Shown piece by piece: positions 37,327 through 50,102 of a stretch of 64,000 nt of DNA (positions are counted from its first letter, which is position 1; every line of letters starts with the position of its first letter). The translations under genes and the position numbers were made by a program. Origin of the DNA: Nemertoderma westbladi. Lineage: Eukaryota; Animalia; Xenacoelomorpha. Location of the stretch: contig JAUCBJ010003330.1 in assembly GCA_032718475.1 (NCBI GenBank), positions 1-64,000 of the forward strand, in the 5' to 3' direction. Below the pieces are notes generated by a model, which was given only the letters and a program-made list of their open reading frames with translations, made no database searches and was not told where the DNA came from.

Positions 37327-40300
37327 ATGTCTGACACAAAACAAACACTGTCAGATAGTCTCTTAGAAAGTGTTAGAATGAGTGTCAGAAAGTGTCTTAA
37401 AAAGATCTGTGACCCAGATCAAAGTATAGAACATCCTAGAACGATGGAAGAACTAAGGTCTATTGTAGAGACGCAATGGAACTTCCCCGGACCCAGACTC
37501 CCGTTTAACTTATCAGAAGCTGCCTGGGAAGACTTATACCGAATGGGGATAGTAAGGGACACTCGAGATCCAGCTGTATGGAAGAGGTCAGCAGCAGGAT
37601 ATGTCCAGGGATTCTTCAACTCCTTGGAACGACTAGAAGAACATTTATTTCAACAACCACAAGGACCTCAAGAGCAGGGAGAGCTGCTTTATCAAGTGAG
37701 AGAACGTATCTTGCGGATCAGATTAATCCTTTCCGCCTTTGAGGAAGCCTCGAAGAGAAGCCAAGACACGTCGTTGCAAGTGGCTGTAAAGACTTGGTTC
37801 CAACGAGTGAATGTTAAAGTCCAGGGAACAACACGATGGAGGGTTCAGCTAACTGAACGAGCAACCCACGGAGAATCGACAGATACAACCTTTTCTCATG
37901 TGGAAGGTAAGGCAGTATCTGAAAGACCTAAGAAGAAGGATGCTTTTGACATCTATCTGTCAGATTATCAACGATTTATAGATGACAAAGAGCCAAGAAG
38001 ACGTCTAGCTGGCTTTCATCCCAATAGTGAGGGAGCCAAATTCGTGTTGGACTCTTTAGATGCGGAAATATTAGCTGCGGAGCAGGCTAAATTTGATGAA
38101 AGCATCCTCATCGCAATGGACCAAGAAGAACAAATAAAGAAAAGGCAAATAGAAGACTGAAAGTTAGCAGCAGCGGCGGCAGCGGCAGCGGAGGAAGCTG
38201 AAAGAAAAGTGTCAGTGGCAGCGGCAGCGGAAGAAGCTGAAAGAAAGGCGGCAGTAGCAGAAGCTGAAAGAAAAGCGGCAGTAGCAGAAGCTGAAAGAAA
38301 AGCGGCAGTGGCAGAGGCCGAAAGAAAGGCGGTAGCGGCAGTGGCAGAGGCCGAAAGAAAAGTGGTAGCGGCAGCGACAGTGGCAGAAGCAGAACGGAGA
38401 GCATCTGAAGCGACAGCCCAACTAGAGTTGGAGAACCTTCAGGCGAAACAAGATTACTTGAATAAACTAAGGGCGGCTACTCAGATGCAACTACTGATTC
38501 GATCTACTCCCAAAAGACAGGGATTTACCTCCTCTGATGAAGGTGATACAACGGATCTCGAGGGTAAAGGTAATAAATCTCGCTCAAGCGGATGTAGAAG
38601 AGTGCCACACCGGCAGAAGTTACCTAATTTACCTCCTGCAGTAAGAAGGGAACTAGCTAATGTAGACTTAAGTAATCAAGAACCTACAGACCAAATTACT
38701 AGGGTAGAAAGACTCCCTACTATAGTAGATGAACCCGAAATAATTAGGCCTGTTAGCGAAGCCACCCCTGTGATAGAGCCCCTTTATTTATTCATTTCCA
38801 CTACGTTCCAGAACCTAACTCTAAATTCCCTTTGCACAGTACCAAACTACCTGTGCCCAGTAGACAACTGCTGGAATCCCAAACAGTCCTGGACGCCGAG
38901 CAAGACATTATTAACAAATTGTCTCCCGTCGTCCCGATGCGCCATCCAGCTACTACGTTGGCGACTCCCGCCTCTGCGGTTGAGTGGATGGACGAAGGAC
39001 GACGGGGGATGGAGCAATTGCTCGGACAGCTGGAAAGTAATAAAATTAAGTCTTCCAAGCAAGTCCGAGAATTGGAAGGGACTGTTCAACTGTTAAAGGG
39101 AACAGTGAGAGAGAGTAGGTCAGAGCTGCAAGAAGTACAGCAAAATATCGCTCTAGAGCGCGATAAATTAGCAAACATACAAATGGGTATACCACCACCC
39201 CCTGTAACAATGTGTCAGCCCGTTAGGTCTGAAGTATTTCATGCGCAAGGTGTGGAGCCTACACGCATCTATACTGCTAGCAAAGTAGAAACTCCCATAG
39301 TAAACCCTATTAAGGGTATTTATAAACCTGTTGATAATGATATTCCATACAGATCTGATAATAATCCGAGAAATTTATATACCGATAATTCGATATTAAA
39401 TAATACGATGGCTCAAGAAAGTTTTATACGTCAAATGGCTAGAACCGAAGCCCGTCAAGCGGTAAAAGTTGGAGAGGTCGTCAAGTTCAATGGAGATGAG
39501 ATGAAATGGTTACCTTTTAATGAATATTACAAGGATAACATACAGAACTCCATACTATCTAATGGAGAGAAACTAACATTCCTCATCGAGTGCTTGGAAG
39601 GACCTCCCAAGTTAATGGCGTTAAAGTTTATTGGACATCCAGACGGATTGAGACAAGTTTGGGATACATTAAACATCAGGTATGGTAATAGGACTAACAT
39701 AGCTAGGTATCTGTATGCGAAATTAGTAGCGCCCCGAAAGTTTCTTAGCAGCAGGATTATAGAGTTTTCCGATGAGATTCAGGAGATCTGTAGACAGCAA
39801 GACTGGTTAGGTAAGTCTCCGGAATACCAGAGTTCTATGGTCGTTGGAGCCGTAGCATCAACTTTGCCAAAGGGTGGAGTAGGTACTCGCTGGGACAAAA
39901 AGGTTCTCTATATGATGGACCAGCAACAAAGAGACCCTACCATGGCTGATCTCATGTCATTCTTAAATGGAGTGGTAAGATTACAGCTCCTAAAGCAGTC
40001 CAGAGAGAAGACACTGGAAAGTAAGGTAAGTGAAAAACCCGTTACTAGGAGAAAGGTAACACCAGTGTGTTATACGGGCGATGGTGAAAGCCAAACTTCC
40101 TACGACGAGAACAGCGGCAAGGACACCGAAAGATCTTATTATGTCAATAAAATAAAGAAAGACGTAAGTAAATCTAAGTCTCGAACCAGTGACAGGAGAG
40201 AACAGGTAACAACTCCCCCTATGTATCCTAAGAGAATTCATGGAAGAAAGCCCGAAGAAAGAGCAAGTGTACACAACACGACGCAGGTTAAGGTAAGTAA

Positions 40301-40736
40301 CATCAAACCTAAATGTGTATTGTGCGACGGGCCATATCGCTTGAGTGGGTGTGATGAATTCTTAAAGAAATCCCTGAAGGATAGACGTGATGTCATGTGG
40401 GATAAGCGGTTGTGTTATAATTGCCTCAGACGAGGACATCAACGACGGACCTGTTACTCAGACGCGAGGTGTGCTAAGTGCGGCACGAAACATCATATCT
40501 TGCTGCACACAGAATTTGACAGGACCCGTATGAGTCAGGTAAGTGAACCCGAACTACATGTCCAATTCAGTGATGTGAACGAAACTGACCACAGTTCGGA
40601 GATGGAAGGATTCTACACGGACGAATTCTCAGACGAAAATGAATCCTGTTATATGATCAACACAACTGTGTTTCGAGCGCTTACGTATGAGACCGAAACA
40701 GAAGGAGAAGATCCTCGACTGTCTATTCCAGATTGA
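37327..40736 (+). pseudogene. Gag of BEL/Pao element 1 (stops and frameshifts)
   Basis: Coiled-coil AEAERKAAV repeats, DUF1759-like FNGDEMKWLPF...EKLTFL..CLEG, and three Pao knuckles (CVLCDGPY, CYNCLRRGH, CAKCGTKHH). Confidence 0.85.
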
Positions 40737-43193
40737 CAGCCCTCTTGGAAAGCGCCAACTTCATCTGTTGGTATCCGAGAATTCCCGGTGGTGCAACTGA
40801 GGGTGCATGGAATAGGGAGGAGCTTAATAGTAAACGCCCTCCTTGACTCCGGCAGTACAGGCACCTTTATCGACAAAGACCTAGCCGAAGATATCTTTGC
40901 TGGTCAACCAAAGTTCCGAACCAAACTGAACCTTTCCGGAATTATGCAGGTTTGGAAATCCGCAGTAGCCACAGATTACTACGTGGGTGCGTCGTCCACT
41001 CCCCAGGATTAACTAGGAGAAAATAGTGTAAGGTCAGTCAAGATGGTGGCGATAAAGAACTTTGCTATTAGCCAAGTGGAGCCTTACAACTGGGATGAAG
41101 ATCATTTTATCCAGAAACACGACATACCTAGATTCAGGACCGATTATCCAGGGGTACAGATTTTGCTCGGCCAAAATGCGCACGAGGCGCTTGAGACATT
41201 AGAAAAACGACCTGCTCGACCGCGACCACTCCAGACGTATGCGGGAAGAACAAGAGTAGGTTGGTACTTCACTGGACCTTCCCATAGGACTTTACTGGAA
41301 AGACTCCCAAGTGAACGAGTCCACCAGGTGAGTGAATGGGAGGAAAATATAAGTGAAGAAGGAATTCCAGCCGAGGAAACCCCATACCCCTCAGATAACG
41401 AAGATAAACATATACTCAGTCGCTCTAATATAAATCAATGGAGACATTGCCCTGGGACGATCAATCCAGCTGACATCGCTTCCAGAGGAGCAACTCCTCA
41501 AAAATTGATAGATACTCCAGACTGGTTAGGTGGACCCGACTTCCTGAGTAAAGAAGAGGAGGAATGGCCCCCTCATCTCACCACGGCGGAGATTAGACAA
41601 GCCAAGGGAGGAGAGAAAGTCAAACCTAAAACCCGGACGAGTAAATCAAAGTTATTTAAACCCGTGATAGATCTGTCTATACTACACACCTCCGGTGACG
41701 ACGCTGTGGATTTAAACACACCCACGGATGTTACAAGAAATACGAATAAATCCGTTATAGAAATCAGGGAAAGAGACGGGAAATCTGGAACACCAGACGT
41801 CTCGCAAGGACTCTCCCCTCTCCTACAAAGAGCAACAGATCATTATAGCTCCTGGGATTGACTTTGCAAGGCCGTTGTGTACCTAAAAAGATGTTTCCAT
41901 CATCACTATTCCAGGACGAAGATCACTAATGATACTGCTCCAATAGTATCTGAAAAGGTCCATGCTACTGAAGATCTTCCCACTTATAGAGTGTCTGATA
42001 GGTTTCTGACTGAGAAGATCAGTTACCAAGAACATGATGATACCAATAAGCAGATACTGAGACTCCTGCAATGTTACGAAGATTCCAATAAGTATTTCCT
42101 GTTGTGGAGAAATCCACAGATGCGCTTAAGGGATCGATTCTCTAGTACAATGATAGATGGGTTAATACGTGTCGGAGGGAGATTAACCAATGCTCCATTG
42201 TCCTTTGACACTAAGTTTCCCATACTCATTAGAAATCTTGAAATACAAATCAAGATGATTGTAGATGTTCACAGTAGGCTTTACCATGCTGGTAGAGAAC
42301 GAGTTCTTAGCGAAATTCGAACTCGCTATTATTTCCACAAGCCCCGTAGAGCTCTGAACCAAGTTCTTAGGAACTGTATACCCTGTAGGAAAGCATTTAG
42401 TAGGCCTTTAACACAGCGAGAGGCAGAATTACCTAGGGAACGAGTAAGCTGTTATGAACCACCCTTTACTAATACCGGTGTGGATTTATTTGGCCCTATT
42501 GAAGTATATCGTGCTAGGACTATAGACGAGCGATGGTGTGTCATCTTTGTCTGTATGACTTGTAGAGCGATCCATCTAGATATGGTGAACGATCTATCTA
42601 CCAACAGCTTCATACTGAGTTTATGCCGACAGATCGCTCGTTTTGGGACTAGCAACACTATGAGATCCGACAAAGGAACAAACTTCATTGGCGCCAATAA
42701 TGCTTACGTGAAAGATTGGAACCAAAGACAGGTGGACGATCAGCTAAGGGTAACAGCATCTAGCTGGACCTTCAACGCCACCGACGCCCCTTGGTGGGGA
42801 GGAAGTTGGGAGAGCCTAATACGAAGCGTGAAGACCGCATTTCACTTTATAGTGCTGTGCCGCTTGTATCTCACCGACGAACTTTTGCGGACGTTAATGG
42901 AAGAAATCTCCGCCTATCTTAATGAGAGACCGCTTATGCCAGTCTCATCGAGTCCCGACTCCCTAGAAGCGCTAACCCCCGCGCATTTCCTACTAAAGAA
43001 ACCTGTAGCCATGCTCCCTCAATCGGAAATCACAGACGGAGACGAATACTGCCGACAAACTTGGCAGCTTATGCAGTTATTATCCTGTCGTTTCGCTGAC
43101 CATTTTGAAAAACATTACCTCGAGACTCATATATCCGATGATGGTTTAGTGCGATCGGTAGCCTGGAATTGTATTCGAAACACAACAACTTAA
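40737..43193 (+). pseudogene. Pol remnant of element 1: protease and integrase, RT/RNase H absent
   Basis: ALLDSGST; WRHCPG..NPAD..SRG; H...YHAG...CIPC; TGVDLFGP, SDKGTNF, PWWGGSWE and LTPAHFL. The pieces share one reading frame, separated by in-frame stops. Confidence 0.88.
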
Positions 43194-45095
43194 TCGCCCA
43201 GTTGGTCGTTTATGTTTACTGGAAAGAGACCGAGAGTTGTCCGGTATCTATGGAAGGCAAGAGACTCTTCCCACGACCACCTCCCTAATCCAACAAACAT
43301 CTAGGGACTCCCCAACGTAACAGTGTTTGGAGTGGGTGTGTGACTACATTATTTTATTTTTTTTATTTTTATACTTATGTATGCATTATTATGTAATTTT
43401 AATATTATAATCATTTTCTTTAATTTTATTTCGTAGAATAATATTTTAACGATTATTCAGTAGATTAGTGCAATATATTCGTGTTTTATTACTTAATTAC
43501 TTAGTATAATATATTTCGTTTACCGGCGAGAAATAATTCATGTTCTCATTCCTTACTGTCCGTATCATACTATAAATAAGTGACTACAGTAAGATGAAAT
43601 GTCCGTACTTATTAAAAGTACAATATACCGCCCCTACTATACTCAAGTATTATTGGTAAGTAGAGTATTAGGAATGCAAAGTTCAGATCCTCGTGTCTCG
43701 GCTAAACCAAGCTCTGGGTAGACCTTGGAAACGACTTGCCTCTTCTCACTGACATTGCTTCTTGCAATATTGCTCTCATACCATATCTTAAATAATACAT
43801 ATAGTAGAATGATGTCCATTTAACAGTAGCGTTGAAGCTCAAAATATTAACAAATATTATTAATATTAATAATGTTATCAAAAAAAATATGTTAATAAAT
43901 CTTCAAATAAATCTGTTAAACCCTTTGACCATCTGAAATTCTAGTCGATTAAGATATCGCGGCACCCACTGATATACTTGAAAGACAAAATTCTAGAATC
44001 AGTGGTTAACGTCCCCAGACATGTTCTGGAATAAATCGGTGCCCATCTTAAATATTAAATATTTAATAAATATTTATAACGTTTGTTGTAACAAATGTTA
44101 AAATAGAGGAAATGCTAACAAATTAACTCTAGAAAATCTATAAATCAAATATGTTAAAATTTTTGATCCTCTAAAATTCTAGTCAATTAAGATATCGTAG
44201 TACTTACCGATACTCTTAAAAGACAAACTTCTGGAATTAAGGATCCTAGTACCCAGACATATTCTGGAATAAAACTGTGTCTATTTTAATACCAAATAAT
44301 AAAATTCACGGGAATAAATTTTAAATTCATATCCTCTCATGAATTTGATAAATTGTTATTTTATACAATTTATAACATTCCCAAAATTCCATTGATTAAT
44401 AGATCATGGGAGTGGAGATTCACCCTATTAAGTATATTAGTGTGAGAGAATCTCCAGTGTACAGTCAATAGCCGATAAAATTCATAAAATCATGTATAAG
44501 GGGAATATTGACAATTAAAGAATCACTATTAAATAGCATCCCAGATCTGTATACATGAGAATTACCCTAATTCTACCGCTAGCTTTCCATAATGTCACCA
44601 TAGTAACAACCACGCTAGAATTAGAAGCGAGTTAAAAGAACAATAGAAAACTTTCCCCATTGAATAGCATGCGGAATAAATAGCACCTTGCTAGTATCCA
44701 GGGATACATAATAATAACGTGGCATTCTGGAAGGCATTTGACTAACGGACAAATGGCCCTAATTTGTACAAATTGTGACAGGAATGTGGAATTTGTGTAT
44801 TTATAGGTGAATGTTACTACTAAAGTGTGTTTACAGTAGCGAGTTGCAGTTGTGAAAGTAGCCCTACCTCTGCAGTAAGAACCTGAAGTAAATCTAAGCC
44901 CTTGGGACGGACAGTGGAGTGACTCGCGCTGGTTATTGTTGTCGTTGTGTAGCTACTACATTGGCGAGAGGCACAGAGACGACTGTACATCAGCGCTGAG
45001 GATCTTGCGCTGTCCGGGGGCACTGAGGGGGAGGCAGCGACGACCGCTAGCCTGATTATTATTAATTATAATATTGATAAACTCATATAGCAGCT

Positions 45096-47173
45096 ATGAC
45101 TGAGTTGATAGAAGATGAGCTTGGTATCAGTGAGCGATATACCCTACCACTGCAAGCGTTTGTTGATAGTTTGATAAGCGGCGACGCTAGTCAACATACG
45201 ATGGAAGACGATGGCCGTTATATCAAACCGCCAATGTCAAAAGAACAGCTCAAGCGTGAATTGGACTATAGGAAATTCACCGCTTGCTATACGCATCGTA
45301 ATGTTACGTATATGGACTTCTTAACTACTGGTCATCCTGTCGATTTACACGATATGGACGATGTAGACACCGAAAGGGAAATGATTCTATTTAAATATCA
45401 TACCCAGCGAAGTCGGAACGATAAACTGAGCATTGAACATGAAAATTCTCTTTGAAACCGATTCAAAGGAGAGAATGTGGAAGAATGTTTTTAAAGACAA
45501 GCGGAGGAAAATTAGCTGGAGAAAAACCATACATTAATATCAAGGGTCCATTATGTGAATAGTTTTCCCCGGGGCGCGGGTGCTCACGGGTGGTCTCCTT
45601 CGGGAGGCTGTAACTTCCTCTTTCCTCATCCTCTTCCTGCAATTATTGTGATCAGTGTCACAATAAAAGAGTAGGAATGAGTAATGACGTGAAAGGAAAC
45701 ATGTCCATTGTGGTATCTTATAGATACTACCCCCCATATCCTTCCTCCTTCCTACCACTACTCTCCCTCTACCCCTCGCCATCGAGGATACCAGACGTTG
45801 ATAGAGAAACCCTCTTCCTCCCATCTTCTCTACCCAACGCACTTGGAGCTTTCGGGAGAATATCGACCAATCATTGTCGTATCGTGGTATTGATCGTACC
45901 TCTTCCTAACAAACCTCCCCATCCTTTACTATTGATCTGGATGCTTATATTGGTATCCATACCTCCTGTCTATGTACCACCATGTTGGTATTTATAATAT
46001 CAACCTCTACCTCTCTTGTCGTTGATTGGATAATCAACTAACAATAACTTCCTCAAGTTCATGGCCATTGATACAAGGACTGAAAGGACACAATAATCTT
46101 CTGTGAACAACTGGTACCATTACGTGTCATAAATCTGGTTGTTCACATCTCTTAGTGCTTGGAACTAAACCCGCTAAGTTAGATGAACACAATAAATTCA
46201 TCCGATTCGAATGCTTTAGGTGCTTTCTGACTCCGTTCCGTAACGTTGACAGTCAGTTTAAAGACCGCGCTTTGACCAAACTCAGCCTGAGAGATTCCGC
46301 TGCTGAGAAGTTGGACAGCGCTGGATTTGCCATTTTTAAGGACGTTTGTATACAGAATCTACATTCATCTGTTATACAAAGACCCCAAATCCCCACAGGT
46401 TATTCTATTGTGGAAGTTCAAATGGTGGGTTCCCTTGAGAAAAACAGCTACGTCTATCGCAGCTATGCAAGTTGAAGAAGAACCAATTTGCTTGGAATCT
46501 GAAGAAATTCAAACTACAGCATCCAGGAGTAGCGATAATGATTATGTGTTAGAGTAGTATCAAGGTCCACAATGTCTTACGGCATATGATTATCGGCATG
46601 CCAATTACATATATACAATACATTAATATACTTGAAATACTTGACCAACCTATTATGGAGATTTATTGTGCTTATTGTAGACTCAACAATCTACACATTT
46701 TCGCAGTTTGTCCTCAATTTATGACTCAATGTCACCACTGTCAATTCAAAGGACATGCCAGTTTCGATTGCCCTTTCAATCAAGATCAAGAAGGAGTTTA
46801 TGCGTTTCACCCATACCTCTCTTCCTCCGTTGAACAAAAATCTCGCTCCCCCAGTTACGAACTGATGAAACGTGTTGGCGAGAACATTTCAACCAAATAC
46901 GTTCGCAAATATCTGAGGAATATTAATCCCAATAACTCGGATTCTTATAACTTGATCAACTTCATCCATCAAGATCCGGAATATGGTGACTTGTTCATAA
47001 ACTCACATCCTGAGTTACAAGAAGTTCATAGAAGACCATATGAATATAAAGCCAGAGAACGCGAATTAGAGAGAATAATCAAACCGACGAAATTTCTCAC
47101 TACACACGGTCAACCTACCACTGTCGTGCAAACGACCCATCAAGGACCAGTAAAAGCTGCCCTGCCGTCTTGA
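45096..47173 (+). pseudogene. Decayed accessory ORF(s) of element 1, including CCHC zinc knuckles
   Basis: ORF pieces 45096-45455, 46155-46475 and 46586-47173 lie between integrase and the 3' LTR; CAYCRLNNLHIFAVCPQFMTQCHHCQFKGHASFDC. Confidence 0.55.
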
Positions 47174-47480
47174 AATGAGCTCTAAAGGTTGTTCGCCCTC
47201 GATCCACCGATGTCGACATCGATCAACCGGGTACCTCGACCGGCGGATACACCGATCGTAATCCAAAACCTTCTGATGCTATTGTATTGCACCCTTCCCC
47301 CAGGAGTTATAGCCCTCCTAGTAAAGTGGCTCACTCCAAAGAGAAAAAGACTCTTACTAGTCTTAAAAAACTCCGTAAACGCCGTTCGAGAAAGAAGGAC
47401 TGATAGTTAGAGTATTTTTATATATTAGAAACTGTGATTTTTTATATTTTATAGACTTAAATCCCATTTTCTGGGAGCGG

Positions 47481-50102
47481 TGTAAAAGCTTTTGCGGACA
47501 TAACAAGTCGTTTTTACGCAATGCGCTGAATACTCTAAAAAGGCCTAAAATTGTTCAACTACGCGTCGGTCAGAAATTAGAACCAAGATGACGAAATCTG
47601 TCAGCTGATTCTTTGTGTACGTGGAGATTTCTTTGTTTGGGCCTATTTCAGCCAATCAGAGCAATCTTCCCAGTTATGCCAATAGAGACCTACCTGTGGA
47701 AATTGGCGCATGCGCAGTTTTAAGTTTTTCTGAGAATCCAATTCCTTTCTGGATTCTGTACTAAGTACAGACGTTTCAGACTTTGGCCCAAGAACATCTG
47801 ATGGCTGGAGTTATAAGAACGTAAATCTATTAATCGCATTTCATGCGGCATCTTAACACTCTTATAAGACATACTGACTCTGTTCACCGCACTGTTTTAA
47901 TGCTGTTTATATTGTTGTTAATTGCTGTTTATATTAATGGATGTTATATTTGGAGAATACCTATAAATAATCGTAAACCCCTCAACTTTCTTAATTACTG
48001 AGGTAAGCAGAAGGGTCTACCGGTAGCAACTGCGACTCAAATTATAGTGGTTTTTGAGTGGATTAAATGCTATTTCATAATCCCTACGTGTGTCAGTTGC
48101 AATCCTCCATATATATGATCAAAATCAGTGACGGTCGGCAAATTAGTGTGAAGTCGTGTGAAAGTTAATAAAGCATCTCCTAAAGAATGCGCTATTTACA
48201 AGATTCCATAGCCATCTAGTTGTGATTAGTGTAAGTCATAACTCTGTTTTATACTTAAAGTGCCACATCCTAAAGGAACTGTTAATATTTCCCCAAAAGT
48301 AGATATAGTTGTCGGAGATCATATAGTACCGATCAATCGAATAATACAAAGTAGCCTACACCGCAATAACTTTCTCTGGACCCGAATCCAGTCTCCCACA
48401 CAGTGGGTCATACGCCGCGCACGGACTGGCTACGGCGGATGTAAATTCAGTACACCAGGTAATTGGTAAGAGCAAAAGTCGATTTATAATTAACCCTATT
48501 AGTACCGGGCTATAAAATGTTGTACAAATACCGGGGAGGGGTCATATTGACCCCCCCCTCTAAAATCTACAAATATTTACGAAAACGTCTGATTTTTTGT
48601 TTGTACGTAGGTATCACTTGTCTGGATCCGACCGAAAAAAAAAATTTTCGAAAAAATGTACTGCGGTGGTTATATTGCAGCACCAAAATTACAAGTAGTG
48701 CACAATTTTCACCAAATTTGAAAGTTACATTTTCGGCTAATTATTTTTCAATACAGGTTTTCTGGGGTGCAAAATACATTGGAAAATATTAAAAAATGAT
48801 ATGATTACTATAAATGGCTGTTTAGTCCTCTCTGCGTAGGAAAAAAATGAAAAAAACAAGTAACCAGCACTTTTCAGTTAGAACACAAAATTTGTAATTC
48901 ACTTATACGATGCTATAAATTCACATTTTCAGGTTTTCGAGGGCGCTGATTCTAATGGAATACATTTCTAATATGCCAGATCATTGCTACTTGTATTTTT
49001 CGGCGTAATTTGGCAAATTTTGGTGCTAGCACCAAATTTCGTACCCATCACCAAAAAGTACAAGTTTGCGATGTTCAGTGCTGTTTTTATTGATTCCATA
49101 GGATTCAGGACCCTCATAAACCCGTATAACGCAAGAAACAAGGTGATACTATCTACTTATCAATTTGCATATTTTCCAAAATTTGGTGCTGGCACAACAA
49201 TTTTCACCCACCGGCGAAAAATACAAGTTTGAGAACTCTTATGAAATTTTTACTGATTCCATTGAATTCAGAACCATCACAAACCCGTATAACGCAAGAA
49301 ACAAGGTGACACAATAAATTGATATATTTGCTGGTTTTCAAAATTTGGTGCTAGCACCAAATTTTGCACCCACATCCGAAAAATACAAGTTTGAGATGTC
49401 TAGATCGATAATTATATTTTCCATTGAATTCAGAACAGCCATAAACCTTTAAAACGCAAGAAATAAATTGTCACAAGCAATTTTATCTATTGAATGGATT
49501 TTCAAAATTTCGTGCTAGCACCAAAATTTGCACACAGCACCGAAAAATACAAGTTTGATACGCTTGGTGCAACTCGTATATATTTCATCGAATCCAGAAA
49601 CCCAAAAAACCCCAATTGCGTAAAAAACAAGTTTCAAACGATCAATTTACAAAATTGACTTATTTCGAAATTTGGTGCTGGCACCAAAATTTGGCACCCA
49701 CCGAAAAAAACAAGTTTGAAATTTCTAAATCAATTTATATGAATTCCATCAAATTTCTAACACCAAAAAACCGGTGTAAATCAAAAATAGAGATGTTACA
49801 ATCATATTTAATGAAATGTAATTTTCAAAAAACGTCTCAAAAAAAGTGCCAAAAGTAGGGTTAAAAAATGGTGCTATAACTCGAAAAGTACCCAATATTT
49901 TTGAAAACGGTTTTCACTACTAGGAAGACAATAGATTTTTAGGAAAAGTCATAAAATTTCAGATTCCCAACTGCGTTTGTTTCAGAATTATAATAAAAAA
50001 ACCACGGGGGGGGGGTCATATTGACCCCCCCCCGGGTTTAATAGGGTTAAAGGGACATTTAAATTGGCAGGTTAACTGCTAAAAGGTCTAAAAGCGCGAA
50101 CA
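47481..50102 (+). repeat. 3' LTR of element 1, interrupted at 48490-50050
   Basis: Colinear with the 5' LTR on both sides of the insertion; ends GCGCGAACA. Confidence 0.9.
48494..50046. mobile_element. Non-autonomous piggyBac-like element inserted in the 3' LTR
   Basis: TTAA|CCCTATTA...TAATAGGG|TTAA, subterminal GGGGTCATATTGACCCC palindromes at both ends, and internal ~160-bp repeats containing TTTGGTGCTAGCACCAAA. Confidence 0.88.

Larger units (their letters stand above)
34460..50102 (+). mobile_element. BEL/Pao LTR retrotransposon 1 (RT/RNase H deleted; large 3' accessory region; piggyBac-like insertion in the 3' LTR)
   Basis: Paired TG...CA LTRs, Pao-type gag, protease and integrase, PPT-like GGGAGCGG before the 3' LTR; flanks GTCTCA and ATCTTA. 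Confidence 0.9.

Noticed and set aside
45096-47173. env gene in the 3' regions of the BEL elements
   Set aside because: No signal peptide, furin site or C-terminal TM anchor evident here or in 61377-63925.
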